A stretch of 63,649 nt of DNA from an uncultured Bdellovibrionales bacterium. Lineage in GTDB: Bacteria; Bdellovibrionota; Bdellovibrionia; Bdellovibrionales; JAGQZY01. Shown in pieces: positions 9,413-20,202 of the stretch (positions are counted from its first letter, which is position 1; each line of letters opens with the position of its first letter). The notes under the pieces were generated by a model. It was not told the DNA's origin and ran no database searches. It saw nothing but the letters and a program-made list of their open reading frames with translations. The stretch lies in assembly GCA_965368905.1 (NCBI GenBank), contig CBDUOS010000001.1, forward strand, positions 1 to 63,649. Reading direction: 5' to 3'. The position numbers were made by a program, and so were the translations under genes.

Positions 9413-11110
9413 TTAGACTTGGGTTTGTGAAAAGTTCACGCGTTTGGCGCGACTTCTTCTGATAAAGATCAACATGATGATCGCTGCTAGTAGAAGTAGT
9501 CCTCCCAAAGCACCCATAATCATATTGTCGTCACCACTGATTGTTGCCAATGGGTCGCTGGATCCCCCGCCCATTTTCGGTGGAGCGGGCTTATTCATTG
9601 GCTTTGGCCCTTTGCTTGGTGGCGGTGGTGGAGCAACCGGTTGCTTAGCCATCGGCGGAGGAGGCGGATTACCAGCTTGTCCCATGGCCGGCGGTGGCGT
9701 GTTATTAAACTCCTCCGGATCATCCAAAGCTTCTGGCTCATCAAGATTCGCCATTTCAGTGGGCTCGTCCATTCCTTCTATAGGCTCGGGTTCTGTAAAT
9801 TCTGTCGGTTCTTCTAATCCAGGATCCGGCATTTCAGGTGGGTCGTCCATAGCAATCGGCTCGGGCTCAGGCATTTCCGTCACCGGCTCAGGCTCTGGCA
9901 CCACAGGCTCTGGTGCCGGGTCGTTCATTGCAAGAGTTTGCTGAGGAGTTCCACCGTCTGGCCAGTAGCGAATCTGCAAGCCAGCTGGAATGCGACCTTT
10001 AGATTCAATGTTGCTATTGGTGGCATAAATTTCCATCCAACTGCGGTCGTGACCTAACAAGTTCTTGGCCACCTTCCTAATATTGTCCCCTTCTTGCGAG
10101 GTATAATACGACGGCGCTAAGCTCACATCCTCATAGTAAGTCTGCATGCTTGGGTCGTTCGGGTTATTAGGAGATTCGTAATAAACTTTGTCACCCACAT
10201 CAAGAGTTCGTCCTCTGTGATGAGAGTTGAAACTGTAAAGCTTATCAGCATTGCCCGAACCATAGATTTTTTGCGCAATATTATCCATATTATCGCCCGG
10301 ACGAACAACATATAGGCGGTTCACATTACCACCAGCTCTTTTATATGAAGCCGGCTTCATTTTTTTCACAGGAACCAGGCTGTCGCTAAAACCAGCGGCT
10401 GGTTCATCATATCCAGTGCCACCATACGAAATCGGATCACTGTAATTCGGTGTATCAACCACAGGATCGAGAGTATCGGTACCAAAAAGGTCTTCCTCTT
10501 GGTTGGCCGTCATTGGTCCTTCAGGAATCCCGCCGCCTTCATCTACGAAGAGTGAGTTATCGGAAGCTGCTGAACTGTAGGGGTCGCTTCCCAAAGAATC
10601 ATCCACCTCGTCACCATCAGAAAAACTGTCATCACTTATATAATCTTCTTTGAATCCATCATCGGCAGCAGCCGCCGCCGTCGTTGTCGCCGCTGCTTCG
10701 TCTCCAAAGCCATCATCAAAACCATCATCAAAACCGTCGCCAAAATCACCACCAATTCCTTCAGCCTCTGTGCCGGCTGTTTTCGCAGCCTCGCCAAATT
10801 GTTCGTCGGGGTACTCGTCGCCAAAGTTGTCTTCGACTTCTACGTCTTCACCGCTCAGATCATCAAAGCCTTCGCCATCATCTTTGGCTACAGCCTCGGC
10901 ATCAAAGTCGTCAGCTTCAAAGTCGGCGCCCGCAGCGTCTCCCATTTCAAATTCGTCACTCGCGAACTCATCCCCATCCTCCGAAAGTTCACCAGACTCG
11001 GCCATTGTTGCCGTTTCTGCTGCTTCCTCATCAGAAGAGAACAATGAGCAACCTGTAATGTTCATTGAGAAAAAAAGTGCGAGAACAATTAATAAGATTG
11101 ATTTTTTCAT
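9413..11110 (-). CDS. Lipoprotein with an acidic D/E-rich region, two LysM domains, a PEPEP/poly-Pro region and a C-terminal TM anchor
   Basis: I place the start at MKKSILLIVLALFFSMNITGC, which has a lipobox. Two LysM-like segments are present: YVVRPGDNMDNIAQKIY...LDVGDKVYY and YTSQEGDNIRKVAKNLL...IPAGLQIRYWP. The C-terminus is GALGGLLLLAAIIMLIFIRRSRAKR. Confidence 0.7.
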   Translation of the reverse strand: MKKSILLIVLALFFSMNITGCSLFSSDEEAAETATMAESGELSEDGDEFASDEFEMGDAAGADFEADDFDAEAVAKDDGEGFDDLSGEDVEVEDNFGDEYPDEQFGEAAKTAGTEAEGIGGDFGDGFDDGFDDGFGDEAAATTTAAAAADDGFKEDYISDDSFSDGDEVDDSLGSDPYSSAASDNSLFVDEGGGIPEGPMTANQEEDLFGTDTLDPVVDTPNYSDPISYGGTGYDEPAAGFSDSLVPVKKMKPASYKRAGGNVNRLYVVRPGDNMDNIAQKIYGSGNADKLYSFNSHHRGRTLDVGDKVYYESPNNPNDPSMQTYYEDVSLAPSYYTSQEGDNIRKVAKNLLGHDRSWMEIYATNSNIESKGRIPAGLQIRYWPDGGTPQQTLAMNDPAPEPVVPEPEPVTEMPEPEPIAMDDPPEMPDPGLEEPTEFTEPEPIEGMDEPTEMANLDEPEALDDPEEFNNTPPPAMGQAGNPPPPPMAKQPVAPPPPPSKGPKPMNKPAPPKMGGGSSDPLATISGDDNMIMGALGGLLLLAAIIMLIFIRRSRAKRVNFSQTQV

Positions 11111-11242
11111 AGCTGTATCCTCAGTTCTATCTATGGTCATCCTGACATCACTATTAGATCATAACTGGGTAGAATCCGGTACGAATCGCAAAAAATCCCC
11201 GACCCATACAACCGTTTTCAGACCAGGGTCTAGGCAAAAAAA

Positions 11243-11272
11243 ACCGTGGTCGGAAGAGACCACCTCTACCAA
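11243..11272 (-). terminator. Probable intrinsic terminator after the DUF192 gene
   Basis: The minus strand reads GGTGGTC-TCTTCC-GACCACGG followed by TTTTTTTT. Confidence 0.55.
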
Positions 11273-11299
11273 AAGTCTAAGAGCAATCCTATGGTCCAG

Positions 11300-11749
11300 C
11301 TACTTGGCGGTAGGAATATTAAATTGGATGGTGTCGCCGACTTTGACTTTATGTTTTTTGAACCAGCCCTGATTGACTTCAAGAGCGTATTGGCACCGAC
11401 ATTGGCTCGGATAACTCTCAACTGTTTGCTCTCGCTCCATAAGGCTTTGCGCCTTCATTTGGTGGATTTCTTTTATGACTTTCTTTTGATCAATGTAAGC
11501 AATGGACAAGGGGATGTAGGTGTTCTTCATCCAAAAACTTAATTTTTGAGGGGCACCGAAAACAAAGAGCATTCCGCTATTTTCAGCCAATTCTGTCCGA
11601 TGCATCAGTCCCCTGGATCTGTCTGAGAAAGACTGGGCCACTTCAACCTTGATCGATTTTCCATTACTAAACTTAAGCGTCGTCTTCTCTAGACCTTGAT
11701 CCTTTGAAAAAACAAATGAAATAAGAAAAGCGCAAATCAAAGCTTTCAT
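11300..11749 (-). CDS. DUF192 family secreted protein
   Basis: 149 aa with a signal-like N-terminus. The DUF192 pattern is present: RSRGLMHR...GMLFVF...FWMKNTYIPLSIAYID...ALEVNQGWF...VGD. Confidence 0.7.
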   Translation of the reverse strand: MKALICAFLISFVFSKDQGLEKTTLKFSNGKSIKVEVAQSFSDRSRGLMHRTELAENSGMLFVFGAPQKLSFWMKNTYIPLSIAYIDQKKVIKEIHQMKAQSLMEREQTVESYPSQCRCQYALEVNQGWFKKHKVKVGDTIQFNIPTAK

Positions 11750-13179
11750 CCTTTTAACTTCTCCTTCAGTAAACGATTGACCACCTCAGGACTGGCCTGA
11801 CCTTTCGATATCTTCATCACTTGTCCAACAAAAAATCCGTACAATTTATCCTTACCATTTCTATACTCAGTCACTTTGGCAGAATTAGTCGCCAAAACAT
11901 CGTCCACCATCTTTTCGATCTGAGAATTATCAGTGATCTGTTCAAGACCTTTTTCTTTAATGATCTCAAGAGCACTTTTCCCTGACTTCCACATCTCTTC
12001 AAAAACATCTTTCGCCATACTACCAGAAATTTTCTTCCCAGAAATTTGTGAAAGCAGCTCAGAGAATTTTTCAACTGTCATGGGAAAGTTTTCCCATGAT
12101 GCATTCTCATCTTCATTAAAGAGACGCAAAAACTCACCAGTCATCCAATTACAAGTCAGCTGACTGTCGCCAGTCTGTTTCGCTACAGACTCAAAAAAGT
12201 CGGCCAATAGTTTCTCTGAAGTGAGGAGTTCACTGTCGTCGGACTTCAACCCATATTCTTCAATAAACCTCTCAAAGCGACGAGTCGGATGTTCGGGTAA
12301 AGTTTTTTTAATTTTTTGAATCTCACTTTCCTGCAGAACCAAAGGCATTAGGTCAGGTTCAGGAAAATAACGGTAATCATTGGCCTCTTCTTTCATTCGC
12401 ATTGAAAAAGTTTTATTTTTTACAGAATCATAAAGTCGCGTCTCTTGAACAATGGTTTCACCAATTTTCTTGCATTGAACTTGCCTTTGAATTTCATACT
12501 CCAATGCTTTTTCAATAAACCGAAACGAGTTGATATTCTTCAACTCCACTTTTGTTCCCAATTCTTTTTGACCTTTCGGTTTTATACTCACATTGCAATC
12601 ACAGCGTAAAGATCCCTCTTCAAGATTTCCATCACAAACCTCGGCATAGCGTAACGCTTGCCGAACAGTTTTTGCATAAGCCGCTGCTTGTTGTGGGCTG
12701 GTTATTTCAGGACGTGAGACAATTTCTAAAAGGGGAATACCTGCCCGATTGAGATTGATTAAGGTGTACTCTCCAAAATGAGTGGACTTACCGGCATCCT
12801 CTTCCATATGGGCTCTTTCAAGATTGACCCTTTGTTTCTCTCCGTCCAAATAAAATTCCACATAACCATTAGTGGCGATCGGTTTGTCATATTGAGAAAT
12901 TTGATAGCCCTTTGGCATATCAGGATAGAAATACTGTTTTCGCGCAAATACGGATTCTTTTTCTATATCGCAATTAAGCACCAAACTTGTTCGAACCGCC
13001 ATTGCAACAGCCGTTTTATTCAAGGCGGGGAGGGTCCCCGGCATTCCAGCACAAATTTCAGTGACGTTCTCATTGTGTCCCACATGAAAGTTGGTAGACG
13101 CTCCAGAAAAACATTTCGACTTGGTCGAGAGCTGAGCATGAATTTCAAGGCCTATTACGACGTCGTATTCATTCGACAT
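11746..13179 (-). CDS. gatB: Asp/Glu-tRNA amidotransferase subunit B
   Basis: [17 protein letters not shown]... is the canonical GatB N-terminus. The ATG at 13179 is preceded by AAGGAGG. The track start at 13200 is a TTG that lies inside that SD. Confidence 0.93.
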   Translation of the reverse strand: MSNEYDVVIGLEIHAQLSTKSKCFSGASTNFHVGHNENVTEICAGMPGTLPALNKTAVAMAVRTSLVLNCDIEKESVFARKQYFYPDMPKGYQISQYDKPIATNGYVEFYLDGEKQRVNLERAHMEEDAGKSTHFGEYTLINLNRAGIPLLEIVSRPEITSPQQAAAYAKTVRQALRYAEVCDGNLEEGSLRCDCNVSIKPKGQKELGTKVELKNINSFRFIEKALEYEIQRQVQCKKIGETIVQETRLYDSVKNKTFSMRMKEEANDYRYFPEPDLMPLVLQESEIQKIKKTLPEHPTRRFERFIEEYGLKSDDSELLTSEKLLADFFESVAKQTGDSQLTCNWMTGEFLRLFNEDENASWENFPMTVEKFSELLSQISGKKISGSMAKDVFEEMWKSGKSALEIIKEKGLEQITDNSQIEKMVDDVLATNSAKVTEYRNGKDKLYGFFVGQVMKISKGQASPEVVNRLLKEKLKG

Positions 13180-14634
13180 GGCAAACCTCCTTAAATCCAA
13201 GAACTTCTTCTACGCTATTTGCAAACATGATCATTTTATCATCCTGAAAGCTTGGGGCGATGATTTGCAAACCCAATGGAAGTTTTTCGCTGTTCAATGC
13301 CATCGGAAGGCTCATCGATGGCAAACCGGCCAAACTAGCAGGAGTTGTAAGAATATCATTGAAATACATAGAGATCGGGTCATTCACTTTTTCTCCAATT
13401 TTGAAAGCTGGAGCCGTGGCTACAGGTCCAACAATAAAATCACATTTTGCAAAAGCATTGGCAAAATCTTTGGCAATCAGTCGCCGCACCTGACAGGCTT
13501 TGTTGTAAAAGGCGTCAAGATACCCTGCCGAAAGCGAAAACGTTCCAAGAAGAACCCGTCTTTTCACCTCAGAACCAAAACCTTGGCTGCGGGTTCGTTT
13601 GTAAAAGTCATCGAGGCCGGTGAGGGGATGACTTTCTACATCCTGCAAGTCTCGCAGGCCATAACGAACACCATCATAACGAGACAGGTTGCTTGAAGCC
13701 TCACTGGCAGCCACTAAATAGTAAACAGGAATAGCGTATTCCGTGTGGGGCAATTCCACTTCAACAATTTCACAACCTTCGCCCTTGAGTTTTTCTAAGG
13801 TGGCATCAAGTTCACCGCGCAATTCTTCGTTTAAATCGGCAGCCATATACTCTTTGGGTAAACCAACACGACAGCCTTTTAAAGAAGTCTTTTTGTCGAC
13901 TTGAAGACTATCAAAAGGCGTTTTTACGTTCGTACTGTCTTTCATGTCTTTGTGAATCATCACCTCTAAGACCCGAGCCGAATCTTCAACGCTGCGGCCA
14001 AACGTGCCAGCCTGATCCAAAGACGATGCAAAGGCAATCATTCCAAAACGAGAAACAGATCCATAAGTGGGCTTGATTCCAACAACTCCACAGAAACTGG
14101 CAGGCTGCCGAATGGAGCCTCCCGTATCGGAACCTATCGAGACCGGAGACAAACCGGCAGCCACTGCTGCCGCAGATCCTCCACTGGAGCCTCCCGGAAC
14201 ATAGTCAGGGTTCCATGGGTTTTTGCATGGCCCAAAAAAAGAGTTCTCATTCGACGAACCCATTGCGAATTCATCCATGTTGGCTTTTCCTAGAATGATC
14301 GCTCCCTCTTGTTGCAGACGCTCAATACAATGAGCAGTGTAGGGGGGCTTAAAGTTTTCTAAAATTCGAGAGGCCGCAGTCGCCTTCATGCCGTTTACAC
14401 AAAAGTTGTCCTTCACTATGATCGGAACTCCAGTCAATCGTCCATTGGCATATTCGCCAGCGTCCACTTTCTTTGCCTGGTCGATGGCTTTTTCTGATAC
14501 CTCTAGCATAGCGTTCAAGATGGGGTTTAGGGATGAAATACGAGACAGAAGATCTTCAATAACGGGAACAGTTTTTAGTTCTTTTTTTTGAACCCCTTCA
14601 ATGTAAGAGTTTAGAGAAGTTTTGAAGAACACTA

Positions 14635-14638
<4 letters not shown>
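13169..14638 (-). CDS. gatA: Glu-tRNA(Gln) amidotransferase subunit A
   Basis: 489 aa with the amidase signature [14 protein letters not shown]...[16 protein letters not shown] overlap with the gatC stop. Confidence 0.93.
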
Positions 14639-17057
<2,419 letters not shown>

Positions 17058-17059
<2 letters not shown>

Positions 17060-17084
17060 AAAAAGCCCTGGAAAGATCCAGGGC
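17058..17084. terminator. Shared terminator hairpin between convergent ligA and the histone gene
   Basis: GCCCTGG-AAAGAT-CCAGGGC. On the minus strand it is followed by TTTTTTT, so it is the better fit as terminator of the histone gene. Confidence 0.7.
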
Positions 17085-17120
17085 TTGAAAGAAAAAACGC
17101 ACAATAATAGCTAAAGTTAA

Positions 17121-17315
17121 TTAAAGATGGTCGATGACGATGTCACGAGCCATTACGGTTTTGCGACCGTCCGCTTGAGCCGACTCAACTCCCTTTTTAC
17201 AAAGTTGCTCGACCGCTTTACTCAACACATCGACCGTTTCAGCAGAAGTGTTACAGCCAGAGCTTTCCTTGATGAACTTTTTAACTTTACTGGTAACAAC
17301 TAATACATTTGCCAT
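17121..17315 (-). CDS. Bacterial histone-fold protein, Bd0055/HBb-like singlet histone
   Basis: 64 aa: MANVLVVTSKVKKFIKESSGCNTSAETVDVLSKAVEQLCKKGVESAQADGRKTVMARDIVIDHL. It has an alpha1-L1-alpha2-L2-alpha3 layout, and GRKTVMARDI parallels the archaeal HMf segment GRKTIKAEDI. From memory it is near-identical in pattern to B. bacteriovorus Bd0055. A strong GGAGGT SD sits 5 nt upstream. Confidence 0.8.
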   Translation of the reverse strand: MANVLVVTSKVKKFIKESSGCNTSAETVDVLSKAVEQLCKKGVESAQADGRKTVMARDIVIDHL

Positions 17316-17475
17316 GATTACCTCCGAATGGTCAGGCGGTTCCTTAAAATACCAGGATAATCTAACGCATATTTCGATCTGAAGACAAAAATATTTCGTT
17401 CTGGCGGCCTACAGCAATTGACGGGTAGCTGGGAAACCCCTGAAAAATGGTGGTTTATGCGCTGCGTACGGAAAC

Positions 17476-18927
17476 TTATTTCCCGTAGAAATAGCCCTTA
17501 ACTTGGCCGTTTTCGACTTTCATTACCGTAGCTATGCGTTGTTTTTCACCAGGTTGGATCCAAATAAAGGTCTTGGCATCCTGCGCAATTGTGCACTCGA
17601 CATCAGCAAATGCCGGCGACCAGGTGCCTGAGTTGAGGTGCTCGACCCCTCCGATCAACTCGTGACGGACATCATGGGTATGACCATAGATGACCCGCCC
17701 GACACCCGTGATCAAACCCGACGTGGTCATGATTTGTTCATTCGGTTGCTTGTAATAACTGATGTAAGAATCCACACCTCGCGCATACAGAATAAAGGGA
17801 GGGAGCAAGACCAGAATGGGGATGAACATCCAAAAGAATGACAAAGCATAGATTTGCTTAATGATAATGAAAATCTGTAAAAGTAGAAATAAAGAAACCA
17901 AAACCAAGAACGCCCTGTCCAACCAAAGTTCTTTCATAATTTTAAGTGGATTAGAACCCGCCGGCTTAACAAACTGAGCGTGAAGTTCACGCACCATTCT
18001 TGGAGTAGCATTGGATCTCTTGGCAATCTTTTCCACTCGTTCTTCCACAGTCAGTGGGTCTGTTAGGGGGTGCTGTAAGTTAGAGTGTATAGTTCGCCAC
18101 AAAATAGCAACACTGCTCCAGAACCAAGTCCAAAGAATCAACGGTTGAGCTCGAACCATGTACTTAAAAAAGTAAGTGACGTACTCACCAAGAGACATCA
18201 CATAGTTGGCCTCGATATGAGGATTAAAGTACCCCATTCCATTAACCAAGTAGCGGCAGGCCCAATCACCAAAAGGTAAACGCACCTGCACTCGGTTGTA
18301 ATCAATGATAAAAGGGTTAATGGGGTCCTCACATAAACAGTAAGGATCATATTGGTTTCCATGCTCAACCAAAGTGTCTTGGTTACTGACATAAAACCAC
18401 TCAACAAAGCGCACTCGTGTTCGTTCTTCTGGAGTCAGGTCAAGAATGTTTAAAATCTCAACCTGCACGGCCTTCCAATGTAGTTCCAAATCATGATTTC
18501 CAATCACAAACACCACGCGGTGCCCCTGCTCTATGAACCAATGAAGAGTGTCACACCACTCAGAATGATCTGACATGATCACTCGAATTTTATCCACAGA
18601 CTTCTCTTCTTCTGGTTCAAGACCGCGAGTCTTTTCTATCCATGAGATATTGTAAGAAGGATGTTCCGGAAGAAAGGTAACACTGTCAAAATCGAAGATA
18701 TCCCCATTCAGAATCAACTCAACCTTTTCATCTCCCGCTTTTTCATGAATATGCTCTAAAAAGACTTTGAACTGGTCGTCAAAAAAGTAATCTCTGGATT
18801 TGTATTTCTTCCACAAAGGGTATTTAGGGTGGGTCGGCTCCGCCTCGCAAAGGTGAAGATCACTCACAATGGCGGTGTACTTTGCCTTAGTAAAGTCAAC
18901 TTCATCGAGATTAAAGTTACTCGCCAT
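17476..18927 (-). CDS. Membrane-associated metallophosphoesterase (calcineurin-like, LpxH-like motifs)
   Basis: Motifs present are SDLHL, NGDIFDFD, IGNHDLE and GHTHD. Hydrophobic TM stretches (LVLVSLFLLLQIFIII, FFWMFIPILVLLPPFILY) are inserted before the final GHTH motif. Confidence 0.7.
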   Translation of the reverse strand: MASNFNLDEVDFTKAKYTAIVSDLHLCEAEPTHPKYPLWKKYKSRDYFFDDQFKVFLEHIHEKAGDEKVELILNGDIFDFDSVTFLPEHPSYNISWIEKTRGLEPEEEKSVDKIRVIMSDHSEWCDTLHWFIEQGHRVVFVIGNHDLELHWKAVQVEILNILDLTPEERTRVRFVEWFYVSNQDTLVEHGNQYDPYCLCEDPINPFIIDYNRVQVRLPFGDWACRYLVNGMGYFNPHIEANYVMSLGEYVTYFFKYMVRAQPLILWTWFWSSVAILWRTIHSNLQHPLTDPLTVEERVEKIAKRSNATPRMVRELHAQFVKPAGSNPLKIMKELWLDRAFLVLVSLFLLLQIFIIIKQIYALSFFWMFIPILVLLPPFILYARGVDSYISYYKQPNEQIMTTSGLITGVGRVIYGHTHDVRHELIGGVEHLNSGTWSPAFADVECTIAQDAKTFIWIQPGEKQRIATVMKVENGQVKGYFYGK

Positions 18928-19664
18928 TACAACTCTTCAGGCTTATGGCCAAACCAATCCACCAAAATGATGGAAAGTTCGTAGAGTCCATAAAGAGGCA
19001 TTACCAACAAAACCATGCTCATCACATCAGGAGGTGTGATGATTGCTGAGGCCACACAAATTAAGATCAATGCATAACGACGAAGCAAGCGAAGAATTGT
19101 TGAATTCACCAACCCCATAATTCCCAAAATGGTCAGAACCAATGGTAGTTCGAAAGCCAGACCAAAAATAAGGGTGGTCGTTGTGAAAAACGAAATGTAT
19201 TCATTAATTGTGATCATTGGTTTATCTGCGGGATCACCCACACTGAACAAAAAGCCATATGCCAACGGATAAACGACAAAGTAAACGAAGAGCACTCCCG
19301 TCAAAAACAATGTTGAGCCAAACAAAATGAAATAAATTCCAAATTTCTTTTCTTTTTGATAAAGGCCCGGCGAAATAAATCTCCAAAACTGATAAACCCA
19401 AATTGGGGTCGCCATGATAACACCCGAAAGAATAGCCACCTTTAAATAACCCATGAATTTTTCTGCAGGCGCTAAAAACTTCAACCCTTCACCGTTCAAA
19501 TAGGGTTCGATGGGTGAGCGGACAATGTCGAAGAAAAACTCCTTAAACTCCCACGCGACCACTGACAAGATTGCCACGGCGATAATGGATCGAATCAATC
19601 GATCTCTCAATTCGGTGAGATGTTCCACCAAAGTGTAATCATCTGGGTGATTAGGTTTTTCCAT
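18927..19664 (-). CDS. tatC: Twin-arginine translocase subunit TatC
   Basis: 245 aa with six TM helices. LVEHLTELRDRLIRS is the canonical TatC N-terminus. The gene overlaps the upstream tatA/B-type gene. Confidence 0.9.
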   Translation of the reverse strand: MEKPNHPDDYTLVEHLTELRDRLIRSIIAVAILSVVAWEFKEFFFDIVRSPIEPYLNGEGLKFLAPAEKFMGYLKVAILSGVIMATPIWVYQFWRFISPGLYQKEKKFGIYFILFGSTLFLTGVLFVYFVVYPLAYGFLFSVGDPADKPMITINEYISFFTTTTLIFGLAFELPLVLTILGIMGLVNSTILRLLRRYALILICVASAIITPPDVMSMVLLVMPLYGLYELSIILVDWFGHKPEEL

Positions 19665-20052
19665 GATCTTTGTTTTCGCTTTCTTGTTCTACTAATTCAT
19701 CGGTTTCTTGTTCTTGCTGGTGGTCATCATGATCCCGTTGTTCTTCAGTAAGGTGATGATCCTCATTGTGATGACCTTCTTCGTGGTGTTCGTGATGGGG
19801 GTCTTCGATATTGGTGACAGAATCCATGATTTTGTGACCCTCGTTAACAATTCCCTGTTTGGTTTCATTGATCGAAGACTTCACTTCGTTGGTAACCTCG
19901 AGCAAGCCTCCACTCAAATCTTGGGTGGCTCTTTTGAGCTCAGATAGAAGACGGCCCACAACTCGGGCGACTTCTGGCAATTGCTTAGGACCAATCACGA
20001 TTAAGGCCACCACACCAATCACTAAAAATTCTGAAAAGCCTATATTGAACAC
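19651..20052 (-). CDS. tatB: TatA/TatB-family translocase subunit with a His/Asp/Glu-rich C-terminal tail
   Basis: MFNIGFSEFLVIGVVALIVIGPKQLPEVARVVGRLLSELKR is the Tat TM plus amphipathic helix. Its length and position upstream of tatC suggest it is TatB-like. The tail reads DPHHEHHEEGHHNEDHHLTEEQRDHDDH. Confidence 0.8.
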   Translation of the reverse strand: MFNIGFSEFLVIGVVALIVIGPKQLPEVARVVGRLLSELKRATQDLSGGLLEVTNEVKSSINETKQGIVNEGHKIMDSVTNIEDPHHEHHEEGHHNEDHHLTEEQRDHDDHQQEQETDELVEQESENKDHGKT

Positions 20053-20112
20053 TTAAAAGTTCCTTTGTCTTAACACCACTTCAAGATATCTTTTGGGAGA
20101 TAAAAGTTCAAT

Positions 20113-20202
20113 GCAGTAAAGGGTACGCCGTTCCTTTTTTAGCAAAAGGTCCCTCCAGCGAGGAATGGAGTGCTAAAAAAGGAACGGCGTACCCTTTACT
20201 GC
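20113..20202. repeat. Perfect 32-bp inverted repeat with a 26-nt spacer, between two co-directional genes
   Basis: The left arm GCAGTAAAGGGTACGCCGTTCCTTTTTTAGCA (20113-20144) is the exact reverse complement of the right arm at 20171-20202. The right arm contains the stop codon of the upstream gene. Confidence 0.9.

Noticed and set aside
9444-11372. Long plus-strand ORFs (9444-9944 Gly/Ser-rich; 10650-11372 Ser/Ala/Pro-rich; 10684-11058; 10799-11047) lying opposite the LysM lipoprotein gene.
   Set aside because: They are mirror-image low-complexity translations of the Pro-rich and Asp/Glu-rich coding repeats on the minus strand. They lack SD sequences and domain signatures.
13178-13696. A 172-aa plus-strand ORF antisense to gatA. 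There are similar antisense ORFs inside the TPR gene (2657-3088), mfd (46816-47271), ligA (16678-17049) and others.
   Set aside because: Each lies fully inside a confidently identified gene on the other strand. Their composition is basic and irregular, and nothing recognisable is present.
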